Below, one piece after another: positions 18,601 to 27,002 of a stretch of DNA of 42,721 nt. Position numbers and translations under genes: made by a program. The notes under the pieces are model-generated. The model worked only from the letters and a program-made list of their open reading frames with translations, was not told the origin of the DNA and did no database searches. The DNA comes from Ruminiclostridium sp. (GTDB taxonomy: Bacteria; Bacillota; Clostridia; Oscillospirales; Oscillospiraceae): assembly GCA_017560855.1 (NCBI GenBank), contig JAFZEB010000121.1:1-42721 (forward strand), given 5' to 3'. The stretch's first letter is position 1, and every line of letters starts with the position of its first letter.

Positions 18601-21600
18601 CCAGTCTTGCCCAAGCGGTGGAAATAGCTTTCCGGGGTGAGCATGCCAGCATTGATCAGCTTGTCCATTGCGCCGATGGGGCCACGGTAATCACCACGGT
18701 CGCGCTTGCCTGCGTTGTCAGCCTTCAGACCTTCGGCCACCTCACGGATGGTCTCGAACTTCTGCTGTCCGAACAACTTGTTGTAGGAGGTGATGCTTGC
18801 CTCCACAGCACGAATGGTGTTCCACATGGTAGTCAGCTGAGAGACAGTCAGATCGCCGATGGGAGTGTCCTTCAGAGCCTCCATCTCCTGGATGTTGGTC
18901 ATCAGGTCGGGGTCGATGACCATCTGCTGGTCAGCTTCAGAGAGAATCTTCTCGTAAGCAAGGCGCAGTTCCTGGAACGCTTTGGTTCTAGCGGTAGGAG
19001 TACCCTGGCCCTTCGGCACATGCTTGCCTACCATGCCGCCGGACTTGCCGTCCTTGCGGATTACCTGGCGCATGGTGGCAGGATCGTAGGCGTAGCCGCT
19101 CTCCATGTTGATGCAGGCCAGGAGGTTTGCCACGGCAGGCTCCAGCTTCTTGGGGATGTGCTGGTTGTCGGAGGGAGTTATCAGCTTCTTGCGAAGGTCA
19201 TTGACATGGCGGACGATCTTGTTCCGCAGTTCTCTCGCCTGACGGGACTCTCTCGCCTTTGCCTCCTTGCCCTTGTAGTGTTCCTTGACCTTGCTGACAG
19301 CGGCATCCCGCTCGGCTCTGCCTTCCGCTTTGACGAGCTTGATTCTCTCGCGGTGCTTTGCCTTGATGTCGGCGATTTGGGTGTTCTTTCGCTCTCTCAG
19401 ATTTCGGATGCGTTCTTCATCCCTAGCCTTCTGGTCGAACTTGGCCTTCTGAACAGCAATCCGCTTGGTTTCCCGGTCCTCCGCGCGGACAGCCTTGACC
19501 GCCTCTCTGCCTTCGGCACGAGCCTCTCGGACAGCCTCTCTACCTTCAGCGCGAGCTGCTCTGACCGCATCACGGCCTTCCTGCTTCGCTTCGGCTACAG
19601 CCTCCTTCGACTTGACCCTCCGTTCTTCAGCCTTTCGACCATAGTACATATCATCCACCAGAGCTTGCTCCTCCACGGTCTTGGGTCGACTCGCTTTGGT
19701 TCGCTTGGGGATGTCGTCAAATTTCTCCACCAGGTTCTCGTAGCCGCTGATGCCCTTGAGAGAGTAGCGGATGTCGCCGGATCCAGCTGGGTTGGTGTTG
19801 CCAACCTCTTTGAGCTGTTCGGGGCTGAACACGGCCCAGGTCTCTACCCCGGCCTCGGTAGCCATGAAGCCGTCAAATCCCTTCTGTCGGGCAAGCTTCA
19901 CAAAGTATCGGCCCTTTGTCAGCTCGTAGGCAAACTGCCCGGACAGGCGGGAAACATCCTTACGGAGCGCAGAGTAGCTGACACCGATAGCCTCAGCCAG
20001 TCTGCGGCCAACCTTTTCATCCAGAGGAACATTCAGTTCTCCCAGATCGGCAGGCTTGGTGATGTTGGCGTACAGCTCATAGGGCTGACTGCCCTCTGCG
20101 GCATATGCCTCTGCGTACTCTCGGTTTGGGCTGACCCATGCACCTTCCCAGGTATCGAACTGGGTGAAGCCGGGGTTCTTGGTGCCGTGGTAGACAATCT
20201 GGAGGAAACCGAGGTTATCCCGAACCTGGGACTCGGAGAAGAATTCCACCTGGCGGTCAGACAGAGGCCGCCCTTCGCTGTCGATCTTCAGGGAGTATTT
20301 CTTCCCGCTGTTGGCCCACTCGGTATCACGGGCAGACAGCTCCTTTTCGACATCATCCAGAATAGGCTTCACACCCTTGTCCAGCTTGGCCTGTGCCAGT
20401 GCATCCTCTTCCAGGCCCTGCTTGATCAGGTCGTTCAGAGAGCCGAATGCATCGCCCTCCTGGGGATACTGGATGCGGACATCGCCCTGGGGAGTTGCCT
20501 TTCCATCACTGTTGTAGGCAGAGAAGTCGATGAGCAGCTTGTAGTAGTTGGGGTGCTGAGAGGGGAAGAACTTTCTGCTGGGGATATCGAACTTGGGAAG
20601 ATACCCATTCTCTTCGCACCATGCCAGGTACGCATCAGCAGCAGCCTTTGCATCCCCAAGCTTCTGAAGTTCCGTGTTGAAGTCGAAGTGAGCATCGACC
20701 TTCTTCCCGGTTTTCTTGCTCCGGGTGTTCTGGTAGTTGGTGTAGTTCTCGAACTTATCGATCTTGTTCATCGCCGCCACAATAGGATTCAGGCCGCTCT
20801 TGTGGTAGGGGATGATCATCCGGATGTCAGGGTCATCCAACATTTTCTCGATGTGTTTATCGCTGACACCTACGGCGATGGTGCCGCAGTTGTCTCCGTA
20901 CCCTTCTGCGTTCTGGATCTGAACAGCCAGGTCAAAGCCAGCCTTGCCGTTGTCCTTGTCAGAGACAGCAGAGCCAAAGGACTGACCTTCCTGCCACACA
21001 TAGTTCCCGTTGGCATCCAGACCGGGTGCTACACCGCCTTCGACCACCTTCGGGACCAGAGACAGATTGATCTTCACGCCAGTCTGTCCGAACTGCTGGG
21101 CAAAGAGAGCTTCTTTGGTGTATCCGTGGGCAGGCAGTTTCTTAGCGGCCAGGTCGGCGATCATCTGTGCATAGTCAAAGAAGAGTCGGGGCATATAGTC
21201 GGAGAAGGACTGGATGCGGACACCACCAACGGCATAAGCGGCATCCCGCTTGAAGAACTTCTGCTCCAAAATCTCAGACAGATACTGAACATCGGAGAAG
21301 GATGCCTTCGGACCTGCACTTCCCTTCTTGGAGTTGTAGAGACTCAGCAGGGCAGGGTTGTCTTTCTTCACCCGGTCAAAACCAGCGGTGGAAATAAAGT
21401 CGCCACGGCGGACCAGCTTGCGGTCAGCGGGATTGTCCCGGAGGTGAACAGCGATCTTGTGTGCCACAGACTTTTCGCCGGTGGTACGGATGGTCTTCTC
21501 GATCTCCTTGAAGTTCAGGTCGCCGTCCTTCATGGTGTCGATGCCGCCAGAGACTTTCTTGACGGTTTTGTCGCCACCAAAGTTGAAGGATGCCACCGGA

Positions 21601-24600
21601 TAGGACTTTCCTTTCGGCACCATACTGCGAACCAACCTGTTGTACATGGAAGCGAACTGGTCTGCCACCTCGGTGACACGGAATCTCTTGGCATCCACGA
21701 AGCACAGGGAGCAGGCCGTCTCAAAGCCGTGGCGGCGGATGATGTCGTTCAGCACCACGATGGACTCCTTGTCCAGGGCGAACTTCTCGGCAAGACCCTG
21801 TTCAACCAGAGAATTGAGGACGGCATCCAGAGGTCTGCGCTTCTTGCACACCAGGGAGAAGTCCATGTTCATGGGGTAATCGCCATTGGCTTTGACCACA
21901 GAGAATACGGGGTCACCATTGTCGTCCCGGACGACCTCCGCCTCGGACCACTTGCCAAAAGGAGCATAGACATCGGTATACTTGTTGCAGATGTCGTAGA
22001 TCCGGTCCATCTCCTTGATCATGTCTTTCGCATCCCTGCCATCCAGGTCGCCAGCCTTCACTCGGTCGGCCAGCCATCGGCCAAGAGTGTCTCTGCCGCC
22101 CTCTCGGTAGGTCTTGAGGGAGTATCTGGAGTGGCCGTTGCCGTCATCATAGACCATACCAGTCTGAGATGCATTGCCGCCCTTCTCCAGCTTCTTCACC
22201 TGCTTGCTTGCTTCGCTCACAGCCTTTTCCAGCAAGGTCACAGCATCGTTGACCTGTGCCTTACGTCTGCCGGTCAGCTTGGCTGCCAGGTCCTTCAGGG
22301 CAGTCAGGAAGCGACTCAGCATGGACTGGTTCTTCTGGTTCTGGTCGATGAATCGCTTCATTAGGTCCTTGCTCTCGATAAGCTGACCTGCATAGTCGGC
22401 AACGATCTCATCGATTGCGCCCTCGGAATCAATGTCGACACCACGGCTTCTATATACTGCCAACTTACTCTGGACCTCATCCTGGGCTTTCTGGGAAGAC
22501 ATGACATAATCCCGGAACTTCCGGTAGCTCTCAGGATCCAGTTCCTGGACACGGTGGGTCATCTCATGACCGAAAAGGAACCGAACAGGGTGAGGATTGC
22601 CCTTCTCTATGCTTACCACACTGCCCTGAATGTCTGCGTTGGCTTCGCCGCCCTTAACGGAATCCACCATCTGGACGCGGAGGCCCAGCTGCTTGGCCAC
22701 AGTGTTGATCTCGGATGCCACGGCGGTGTCCATCTCGGCCTTCACATAGTCGTCATAGACCAGGCCGGAGTCCTTGCCAGCCACAGGTGCGAACTGAGCG
22801 GCAGTCTTTGCTTCTTCCAGGGATGCCTGTCGGTCATTCACGCCTGCGTTGTAGGCCGCTGCCACCTGGGCATCAGACAGGGATGCCGGAGCCTGAATCT
22901 TGCTGTCAGTGGTGTCGGCCAGGCCGGTCAGTGCCTGGTTGTACACACGGATGAAGTCAGAAGCATACTGGGCCTGATTACCCTGGCCACTCCAGGCAGT
23001 AGTCATGGCCTTTGCTCCACTCTCACCCAGAGTCGCGGACATATCAACGATGTAGGTGGGGCTGACCACAGCCTGAGTATGCTTCTTGGTCTGGATGGTC
23101 TCAACCTCGACAGGGATGGACTCGATGCGGCGAAGCTTGACCTGCTTGCTCTGTCTACCCTCTCTACGGGCCTGGCCAAGAACGGCTACTTGGCGTTTGC
23201 TTCCTACTTGCTTGCCACTTGCTTCTAACTTGCTTGCAACTTGCTGGTAACTTGCACCGGAGTTACCCTCGGCCCGCCCCTGATTGCCGCGAGTAGACAC
23301 ATACTCCTCACCAGTCTGCATAGCCGTAGCCGCGTCACGGACCTGTTGCTCCTCGGAGGACCGTTCCGTCTGACGTTTCAGAATCTCCTGGATCGTCCGT
23401 CCTTCAGTGCCAGGTACAGAAGAAGCAGAGGCTCCCCTACTTCCGATGACAGAGCCACCAGTTGCCATTGCACCGCCGGAGATTGCGCCGATAGCAACAT
23501 TCTTGAAGAGATCTTCCGTCGACCATACCGCTTCAGGGTCCTGGGCGATCTTATCCAGCGCATAGTTCGCCGCATAAGCGACACCTTCCTCGGTGCCCTC
23601 AATACCCATTTGGGCCAGGATGCTCTTGATCACATTCTGACCGCCTTCACCCTTGAGGATCTTCGCCAGTTTGCTCAACGGCAGTGCTTCCGTGGCCATT
23701 TCAACACCGCCAGAGAGTAGGCCACGAGTGAATGCTTCCTCCGTGTCGAAACCCCGCTCGGTCAGTTCACCAGCCCTTGCACCAGCAGCCTGTGCACCCA
23801 TCAGGCCAGCACCCAAAGCAGGGCCAACACCGGGGATCAGAGACAGACCGATACCAGGCAGGTTCTGACCCATCGAAAGGGCAGTCTCCATAAGAAGTCT
23901 GTCTACTCCCTCCAGGCCGTCCAGGGCTTCTTCCTGATACTCCCAGCTCTTCCGGAGCATCTGCTCACCCTTTGTCCCGGCATCCATCAATGCCTTGCTA
24001 GTACCATCGGTCCGAGCGGGACCAGGATCACGAGTCCCCCACCGCTCCTGGGCCTGTTCACGAACGAAGTCGCCACCCAACTCAGAGAAGCGCAGAAGGG
24101 CAGCCGGTACGCCGTACCCCACTGCCTTCGCGGCGGCAATAGCTCTGGCCTCGTCTTCTTCCCTCTGCTGACCGGAGAGAAGAGGGCGGCCATGTGCATC
24201 CATTGTTTCCATGTCAGCTCCGGGGTCGTTCTGGTAGCTGGATCCATTTTTGATATCAAGGATCCTCTGGGATGCCTTCATCTGAGCCTGGATATCCCCG
24301 GCCTCAATAGCCCTCTGTCGGTCCAGCCTCGCCTTCTTCAGCTTGTTCTGGCCGGTCTGGTTTAGAGTGCGCTTCTCGTCCCGGGTCAGGTCAGCGGTGA
24401 TGTACTCACTGCCGTCCCAACCGCCAGAGTAACCGGCCCAGCCACGGACATTCTCCGCCTTCTCATGAGCACGGCGCATCCCCTCGGTGTCACCGGCATC
24501 CTTTGCCTTCTGCCACGCATCCTTTGCCTCCTGAACCATCTGTCGGCGGGAGGAGGGCAGCTTTTTATCGGCAGCAGAAAGGACATAAGAGTCCAGTTTC

Positions 24601-25034
24601 TGTTGTCTGACCACACGTTCCTCGGCGGCCCTGCGCAGATTCTCCAGCGCGTCATCGTTATCGTAAGTTCTGGACCTGTTCGCCAGGACTCCAGCAGAAT
24701 CTCCGATGGAATATCTGGCCCGGATGACATCCAGGGGGCTGTAGAGCCGACCGGAATCATCGGTCATCCGACGATATGTACTGCCCGTGCCACCCATGTC
24801 ATCCAGCAAAGAGGATGTCTTCTTGGTCACCGTCTTGGTGAGAGTGGGCTTCCCGCTTTTTACCGGGGTCTGTACTTCGTTCCTGACCACTTTGGTGGGT
24901 GTCACCCCGGGGAAGGTCTGATGGTTCTTGGCAGCGTTGGCCAGCTGTGCGGCCGCCAGCTTACGGACCGCCTCCTCTTCCTTTTTCTTTTTGTTGGCAG
25001 CGATAATCTTCGCCTGGGCATCCGTCAATGCCAT
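15606..25034 (-). CDS. Giant (3142 aa) phage-type polyvalent / internal-virion-like protein with HEXXH peptidase, radical-SAM-like and ADP-ribosyltransferase-like modules
   Basis: Uninterrupted 9.4 kb ORF with RBS GGAGG and a terminator; Gly/Ala-rich hydrophobic N-terminal region; GHEMTH; C..CSLCFV..RIQSFSD..YTK..NLSL; VYHGT..GFDGF..AVFSPEQLK; three YSLK linkers; long helical C-terminal half. The CDS is certain; domain names are by-eye assignments. Confidence 0.8.
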   Translation of the reverse strand: MALTDAQAKIIAANKKKKEEEAVRKLAAAQLANAAKNHQTFPGVTPTKVVRNEVQTPVKSGKPTLTKTVTKKTSSLLDDMGGTGSTYRRMTDDSGRLYSPLDVIRARYSIGDSAGVLANRSRTYDNDDALENLRRAAEERVVRQQKLDSYVLSAADKKLPSSRRQMVQEAKDAWQKAKDAGDTEGMRRAHEKAENVRGWAGYSGGWDGSEYITADLTRDEKRTLNQTGQNKLKKARLDRQRAIEAGDIQAQMKASQRILDIKNGSSYQNDPGADMETMDAHGRPLLSGQQREEDEARAIAAAKAVGYGVPAALLRFSELGGDFVREQAQERWGTRDPGPARTDGTSKALMDAGTKGEQMLRKSWEYQEEALDGLEGVDRLLMETALSMGQNLPGIGLSLIPGVGPALGAGLMGAQAAGARAGELTERGFDTEEAFTRGLLSGGVEMATEALPLSKLAKILKGEGGQNVIKSILAQMGIEGTEEGVAYAANYALDKIAQDPEAVWSTEDLFKNVAIGAISGGAMATGGSVIGSRGASASSVPGTEGRTIQEILKRQTERSSEEQQVRDAATAMQTGEEYVSTRGNQGRAEGNSGASYQQVASKLEASGKQVGSKRQVAVLGQARREGRQSKQVKLRRIESIPVEVETIQTKKHTQAVVSPTYIVDMSATLGESGAKAMTTAWSGQGNQAQYASDFIRVYNQALTGLADTTDSKIQAPASLSDAQVAAAYNAGVNDRQASLEEAKTAAQFAPVAGKDSGLVYDDYVKAEMDTAVASEINTVAKQLGLRVQMVDSVKGGEANADIQGSVVSIEKGNPHPVRFLFGHEMTHRVQELDPESYRKFRDYVMSSQKAQDEVQSKLAVYRSRGVDIDSEGAIDEIVADYAGQLIESKDLMKRFIDQNQKNQSMLSRFLTALKDLAAKLTGRRKAQVNDAVTLLEKAVSEASKQVKKLEKGGNASQTGMVYDDGNGHSRYSLKTYREGGRDTLGRWLADRVKAGDLDGRDAKDMIKEMDRIYDICNKYTDVYAPFGKWSEAEVVRDDNGDPVFSVVKANGDYPMNMDFSLVCKKRRPLDAVLNSLVEQGLAEKFALDKESIVVLNDIIRRHGFETACSLCFVDAKRFRVTEVADQFASMYNRLVRSMVPKGKSYPVASFNFGGDKTVKKVSGGIDTMKDGDLNFKEIEKTIRTTGEKSVAHKIAVHLRDNPADRKLVRRGDFISTAGFDRVKKDNPALLSLYNSKKGSAGPKASFSDVQYLSEILEQKFFKRDAAYAVGGVRIQSFSDYMPRLFFDYAQMIADLAAKKLPAHGYTKEALFAQQFGQTGVKINLSLVPKVVEGGVAPGLDANGNYVWQEGQSFGSAVSDKDNGKAGFDLAVQIQNAEGYGDNCGTIAVGVSDKHIEKMLDDPDIRMIIPYHKSGLNPIVAAMNKIDKFENYTNYQNTRSKKTGKKVDAHFDFNTELQKLGDAKAAADAYLAWCEENGYLPKFDIPSRKFFPSQHPNYYKLLIDFSAYNSDGKATPQGDVRIQYPQEGDAFGSLNDLIKQGLEEDALAQAKLDKGVKPILDDVEKELSARDTEWANSGKKYSLKIDSEGRPLSDRQVEFFSESQVRDNLGFLQIVYHGTKNPGFTQFDTWEGAWVSPNREYAEAYAAEGSQPYELYANITKPADLGELNVPLDEKVGRRLAEAIGVSYSALRKDVSRLSGQFAYELTKGRYFVKLARQKGFDGFMATEAGVETWAVFSPEQLKEVGNTNPAGSGDIRYSLKGISGYENLVEKFDDIPKRTKASRPKTVEEQALVDDMYYGRKAEERRVKSKEAVAEAKQEGRDAVRAARAEGREAVREARAEGREAVKAVRAEDRETKRIAVQKAKFDQKARDEERIRNLRERKNTQIADIKAKHRERIKLVKAEGRAERDAAVSKVKEHYKGKEAKARESRQARELRNKIVRHVNDLRKKLITPSDNQHIPKKLEPAVANLLACINMESGYAYDPATMRQVIRKDGKSGGMVGKHVPKGQGTPTARTKAFQELRLAYEKILSEADQQMVIDPDLMTNIQEMEALKDTPIGDLTVSQLTTMWNTIRAVEASITSYNKLFGQQKFETIREVAEGLKADNAGKRDRGDYRGPIGAMDKLINAGMLTPESYFHRLGKTGESIFRMLRNAQDKHIGLMQEAQKYTEMVVKDVDVRKLEKEPHTFDVEGQQVTMTTAQIMSLYELMKRQQAVDHVVEGGIRVEAVSKGLKKKGMSEAVRVSPEKVGEILEVLTPKQIEIADGLQKFMGDRLSQLGNEASMEVYGYEKFEEKNYFPIKVDSNQTISDQAKDAVSATIAGRGFTKGTKPHANNALMVRNIFDVYADHVTDMATYSSWLAPMENLQRIFNFKFRDDEGNLTGTVKGLIHRIYGQNGEAYWKKLTEDLNNGMKGVNDNPFQALIGNYKASAIGANLRVFVQQPTSILRALDSISMADFMAGITKANPNTWKKVKEYAPIAVWKDWGYFDADTGRQMKSILFGDDSGIAKVNNALMAPAGAMDSLAWSHIWNALEVETARKHKDLQKGSDAFYKKVAERFNEVVDHTQVVDGILQRSQVMRSPDGVTKMATSFMAEPTKIFNMFTTAAYDMRKSQDNAFRKKARKTMARTSVALFISFVANAAAQSLVDAFRDDDKDEEYWEKFFQAFVGLEGDEETKMDKVKSIASGNMGKALNPFGYLPFVKDVVSLVEGYDVSRMDMESISNVVLAVGNCIKSLNGEGKMTPANALLNLAAELSRFLGTPVSNIKRDVMAGINTWLNLTDNYKGQYAVAKVLYDVNYSGNKGMFLDIAYLAWRDGDKETFVQISQDLMDAFPDDVNGQTIESAMKSHTEKQMEEDPEYQPTQTLEDLIGILPEYAEEEEKEEEFSAKNLNAEEYNRFMQQRAESYRRYEDAVTNSPVWGEMDDKAKDKVISQLWKYAAQTALEDVSGGKFVMDESAMVKAKSLEENHQVDPGTFFTLYGMTSVIKSDKNVDGEEISDSAAYKKLLTVRESGLLDSYTDEQQTAVYGALEISGKLRSMSEDALTDIAAKIEAEKNAPSFYADFPEEKREEVEGILETLGSFTTEYDSKGKQISGKGKQDKIKAEIYTHYNSGEYTAHQCYLLFHRFYTSDKNNPWAYAKNG
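19470..19590 (-). repeat. 33-bp / 11-aa tandem coding repeat in the giant protein
   Basis: QEGRDAVRAAR-AEGREAVREAR-AEGREAVKAVR-AEDRE. Confidence 0.7.
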
Positions 25035-25048
25035 TCAATCGCCTCCCT

Positions 25049-25558
25049 TCATAAGCCGAGTTCCTTCTTCCGCTGTTCTAATTCAGCTTCGTTGGCCCTC
25101 TCGTAGTAGTCGGACATGATTGCGGCCAATGTGCACCGCTTCCACTCGTTGTTCTCACCTGCGCAAAAACGGTGCGTATGTTCCCGCTCGGCCTGCCGGT
25201 CAGGGAATGTGATCCGGCCTGCCTCGCATTTGACAACTCGTTTCGCATCATAGGAAAAATAGGGACAAGCCCAACCGAGATGTGAATAACCCAATGGTCT
25301 ACCTCTCTTTCCGCCCTGCTTGTCGTCGCAGAGCTGTCCATGTCTTTGTCTCGTCCCAGCCGCCTTCTTCTGCCACTCCTTTTGGAGTTTGGCAACATAC
25401 GGGGCAGAGCTGGCAGATTCGCGCTCCATGCCAATCTTACGCCCCATCGCCGCCAGCCATCGTGCCAGCTCCAGGTCTTCCCTGATTACTTCGATGGCCA
25501 GCTTATAAATCCCCCGCTTCACACGTTCTTCTGCGTGAGACAGGTTTTCGTGTGCCAT
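25049..25558 (-). CDS. Hypothetical phage-type protein with a C-terminal four-cysteine motif
   Basis: ATG 25558 after GGAGGTGG; CPYF..KCE...FC...WKRC. Confidence 0.65.
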   Translation of the reverse strand: MAHENLSHAEERVKRGIYKLAIEVIREDLELARWLAAMGRKIGMERESASSAPYVAKLQKEWQKKAAGTRQRHGQLCDDKQGGKRGRPLGYSHLGWACPYFSYDAKRVVKCEAGRITFPDRQAEREHTHRFCAGENNEWKRCTLAAIMSDYYERANEAELEQRKKELGL

Positions 25559-25697
25559 GTTTTCCACCTCCGGCCTTGAAATTGACACCCTCGTCCGTTC
25601 CAAAGCCCGAAGCCTAAATCTATACCCCCTACCGTAATTGCGCCAGACGGACCCCAGAAAGGTCTCTTCTCCTCGGCATCCACCTTCCCTCGTTACA

Positions 25698-27002
25698 TCA
25701 ACCCCTGCCATACGAAGCTTTGACATACCGCCCGCTCTGAGGATACCAGCCGTAGCACAAATCCCCAGTGCCGGCGTGACGGTTCTTTGCCACCAGGAGA
25801 TCTACCATGCGCGGATCCCACGGTTTTTGGTCGGGGTTAGGCTGCTGATAGTAATCCTCACGGTGGAGGAACATGACAGCATCAGCGTCCTGTTCGATTG
25901 CCCCCGTGTCCCGAAGGTCAGATAGCTGGGGCCGTTTCTCCTTGCGATCCATATTCGCCCGGTTAAGCTGGGCAAGACACAGAACGGGCACTCCACGGCG
26001 ACGGGCAAGAGCCTTGAGCGAACCGGATACGGCCGTCATATTCTCGTAGCGGCTGCTCCCCTTCTCGTCCGGACGAATCAATCCCAGGTAGTCAACCACG
26101 ATGCACCGCAAATCGGGCACCCGCCTAGCAAGAGTGTCGATGTCGGCAACACGGACAGACTCGGCTTTATTTACATACAAAGGCCGTCGGCTGGTCTCCA
26201 GCAGCGCATCGGTGACCTCGTCATACTCCTTTTCATTCAGTTCACCCATCAGCAGTCGGCTGGCCGAGACACCCGTAACACGCGCCAGCCTTTTTGCTGT
26301 AAGCTGGTCTGCGTCCATCTCTAGGCTCACGAAAAGAACCGCGCCGACCTTCTCCGCGATTTGGTCCGCCACGGACAGGGCAAAGGTGGTCTTGCCTACC
26401 GCCGGACGAGCGGCTAGGATGTATAACCCACCGCAGAGCATCCCACCACCCAGCAACTTGTCCAGGTCGGAGTAGCCCGTGGGGACAAAGTTCCTGGCCC
26501 CGGCATCGATCCGAGAGCGAAGATCAAAGAAGCTGGAAACCTGATCTGCGGGAGCTAGGATTTCCCGCCGTGTGTCGCAAGAGTCAATCTCAGCCAAAGC
26601 GGCCTGCACAGCGGACATCATCGCTTGCGGATCGCCGTGGGAAGCCGCATCCTCGCGGAGTCTCTCGGCCACCTCGAACAATCTCCGGCGCAAAGAGGAG
26701 TTCCTGATCTCATCGGCCAGCCCTCGAAAATTCGTGGTTGTGACGGTGGCCTCCATGAGGCTGGCAAGGTAGGCCGTATCCACAATCCCGTTTGCCCCAC
26801 GATGAATCTGCACCGGGTCGATCGGCCGCCCTAGCTGATGGAGAGTCAGCGCAGACTGGAAAGCCGCCCGATTCCGCTCGTCTTGAAAGTCATCCGGCGA
26901 GAGACTGTCCGCCAGGTCCGCGATGATGGACGAATCGAAGAGGAGGCATCCGATAAGCGCCGACTCAGCCTCGAAGGCAAGAGAAAAGATTGAACCGCTC
27001 AT
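25698..27002 (-). CDS. dnaB: Replicative DnaB-like helicase (element-encoded)
   Basis: ILAARPAVGKTTFA (Walker A), VSLEM, VVDYLGLI, LAQLNR, LSDLRDTGAIEQDAD, KNRH. Confidence 0.95.
   Translation of the reverse strand: MSGSIFSLAFEAESALIGCLLFDSSIIADLADSLSPDDFQDERNRAAFQSALTLHQLGRPIDPVQIHRGANGIVDTAYLASLMEATVTTTNFRGLADEIRNSSLRRRLFEVAERLREDAASHGDPQAMMSAVQAALAEIDSCDTRREILAPADQVSSFFDLRSRIDAGARNFVPTGYSDLDKLLGGGMLCGGLYILAARPAVGKTTFALSVADQIAEKVGAVLFVSLEMDADQLTAKRLARVTGVSASRLLMGELNEKEYDEVTDALLETSRRPLYVNKAESVRVADIDTLARRVPDLRCIVVDYLGLIRPDEKGSSRYENMTAVSGSLKALARRRGVPVLCLAQLNRANMDRKEKRPQLSDLRDTGAIEQDADAVMFLHREDYYQQPNPDQKPWDPRMVDLLVAKNRHAGTGDLCYGWYPQSGRYVKASYGRG

Noticed and set aside
17340-22364. 1674-aa plus-strand ORF (also 15492-16940) opposite the giant gene
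   Set aside because: In-register antisense shadow caused by biased codon usage; no motifs or RBS. The same effect is seen opposite glyA, rarA and the aminotransferase.
15606-25034. Giant protein as a tape measure protein or surface adhesin
   Set aside because: No signal peptide, LPxTG or SLH anchor, no regular tape-measure repeats and no tail genes; the embedded enzyme motifs fit polyvalent proteins better.
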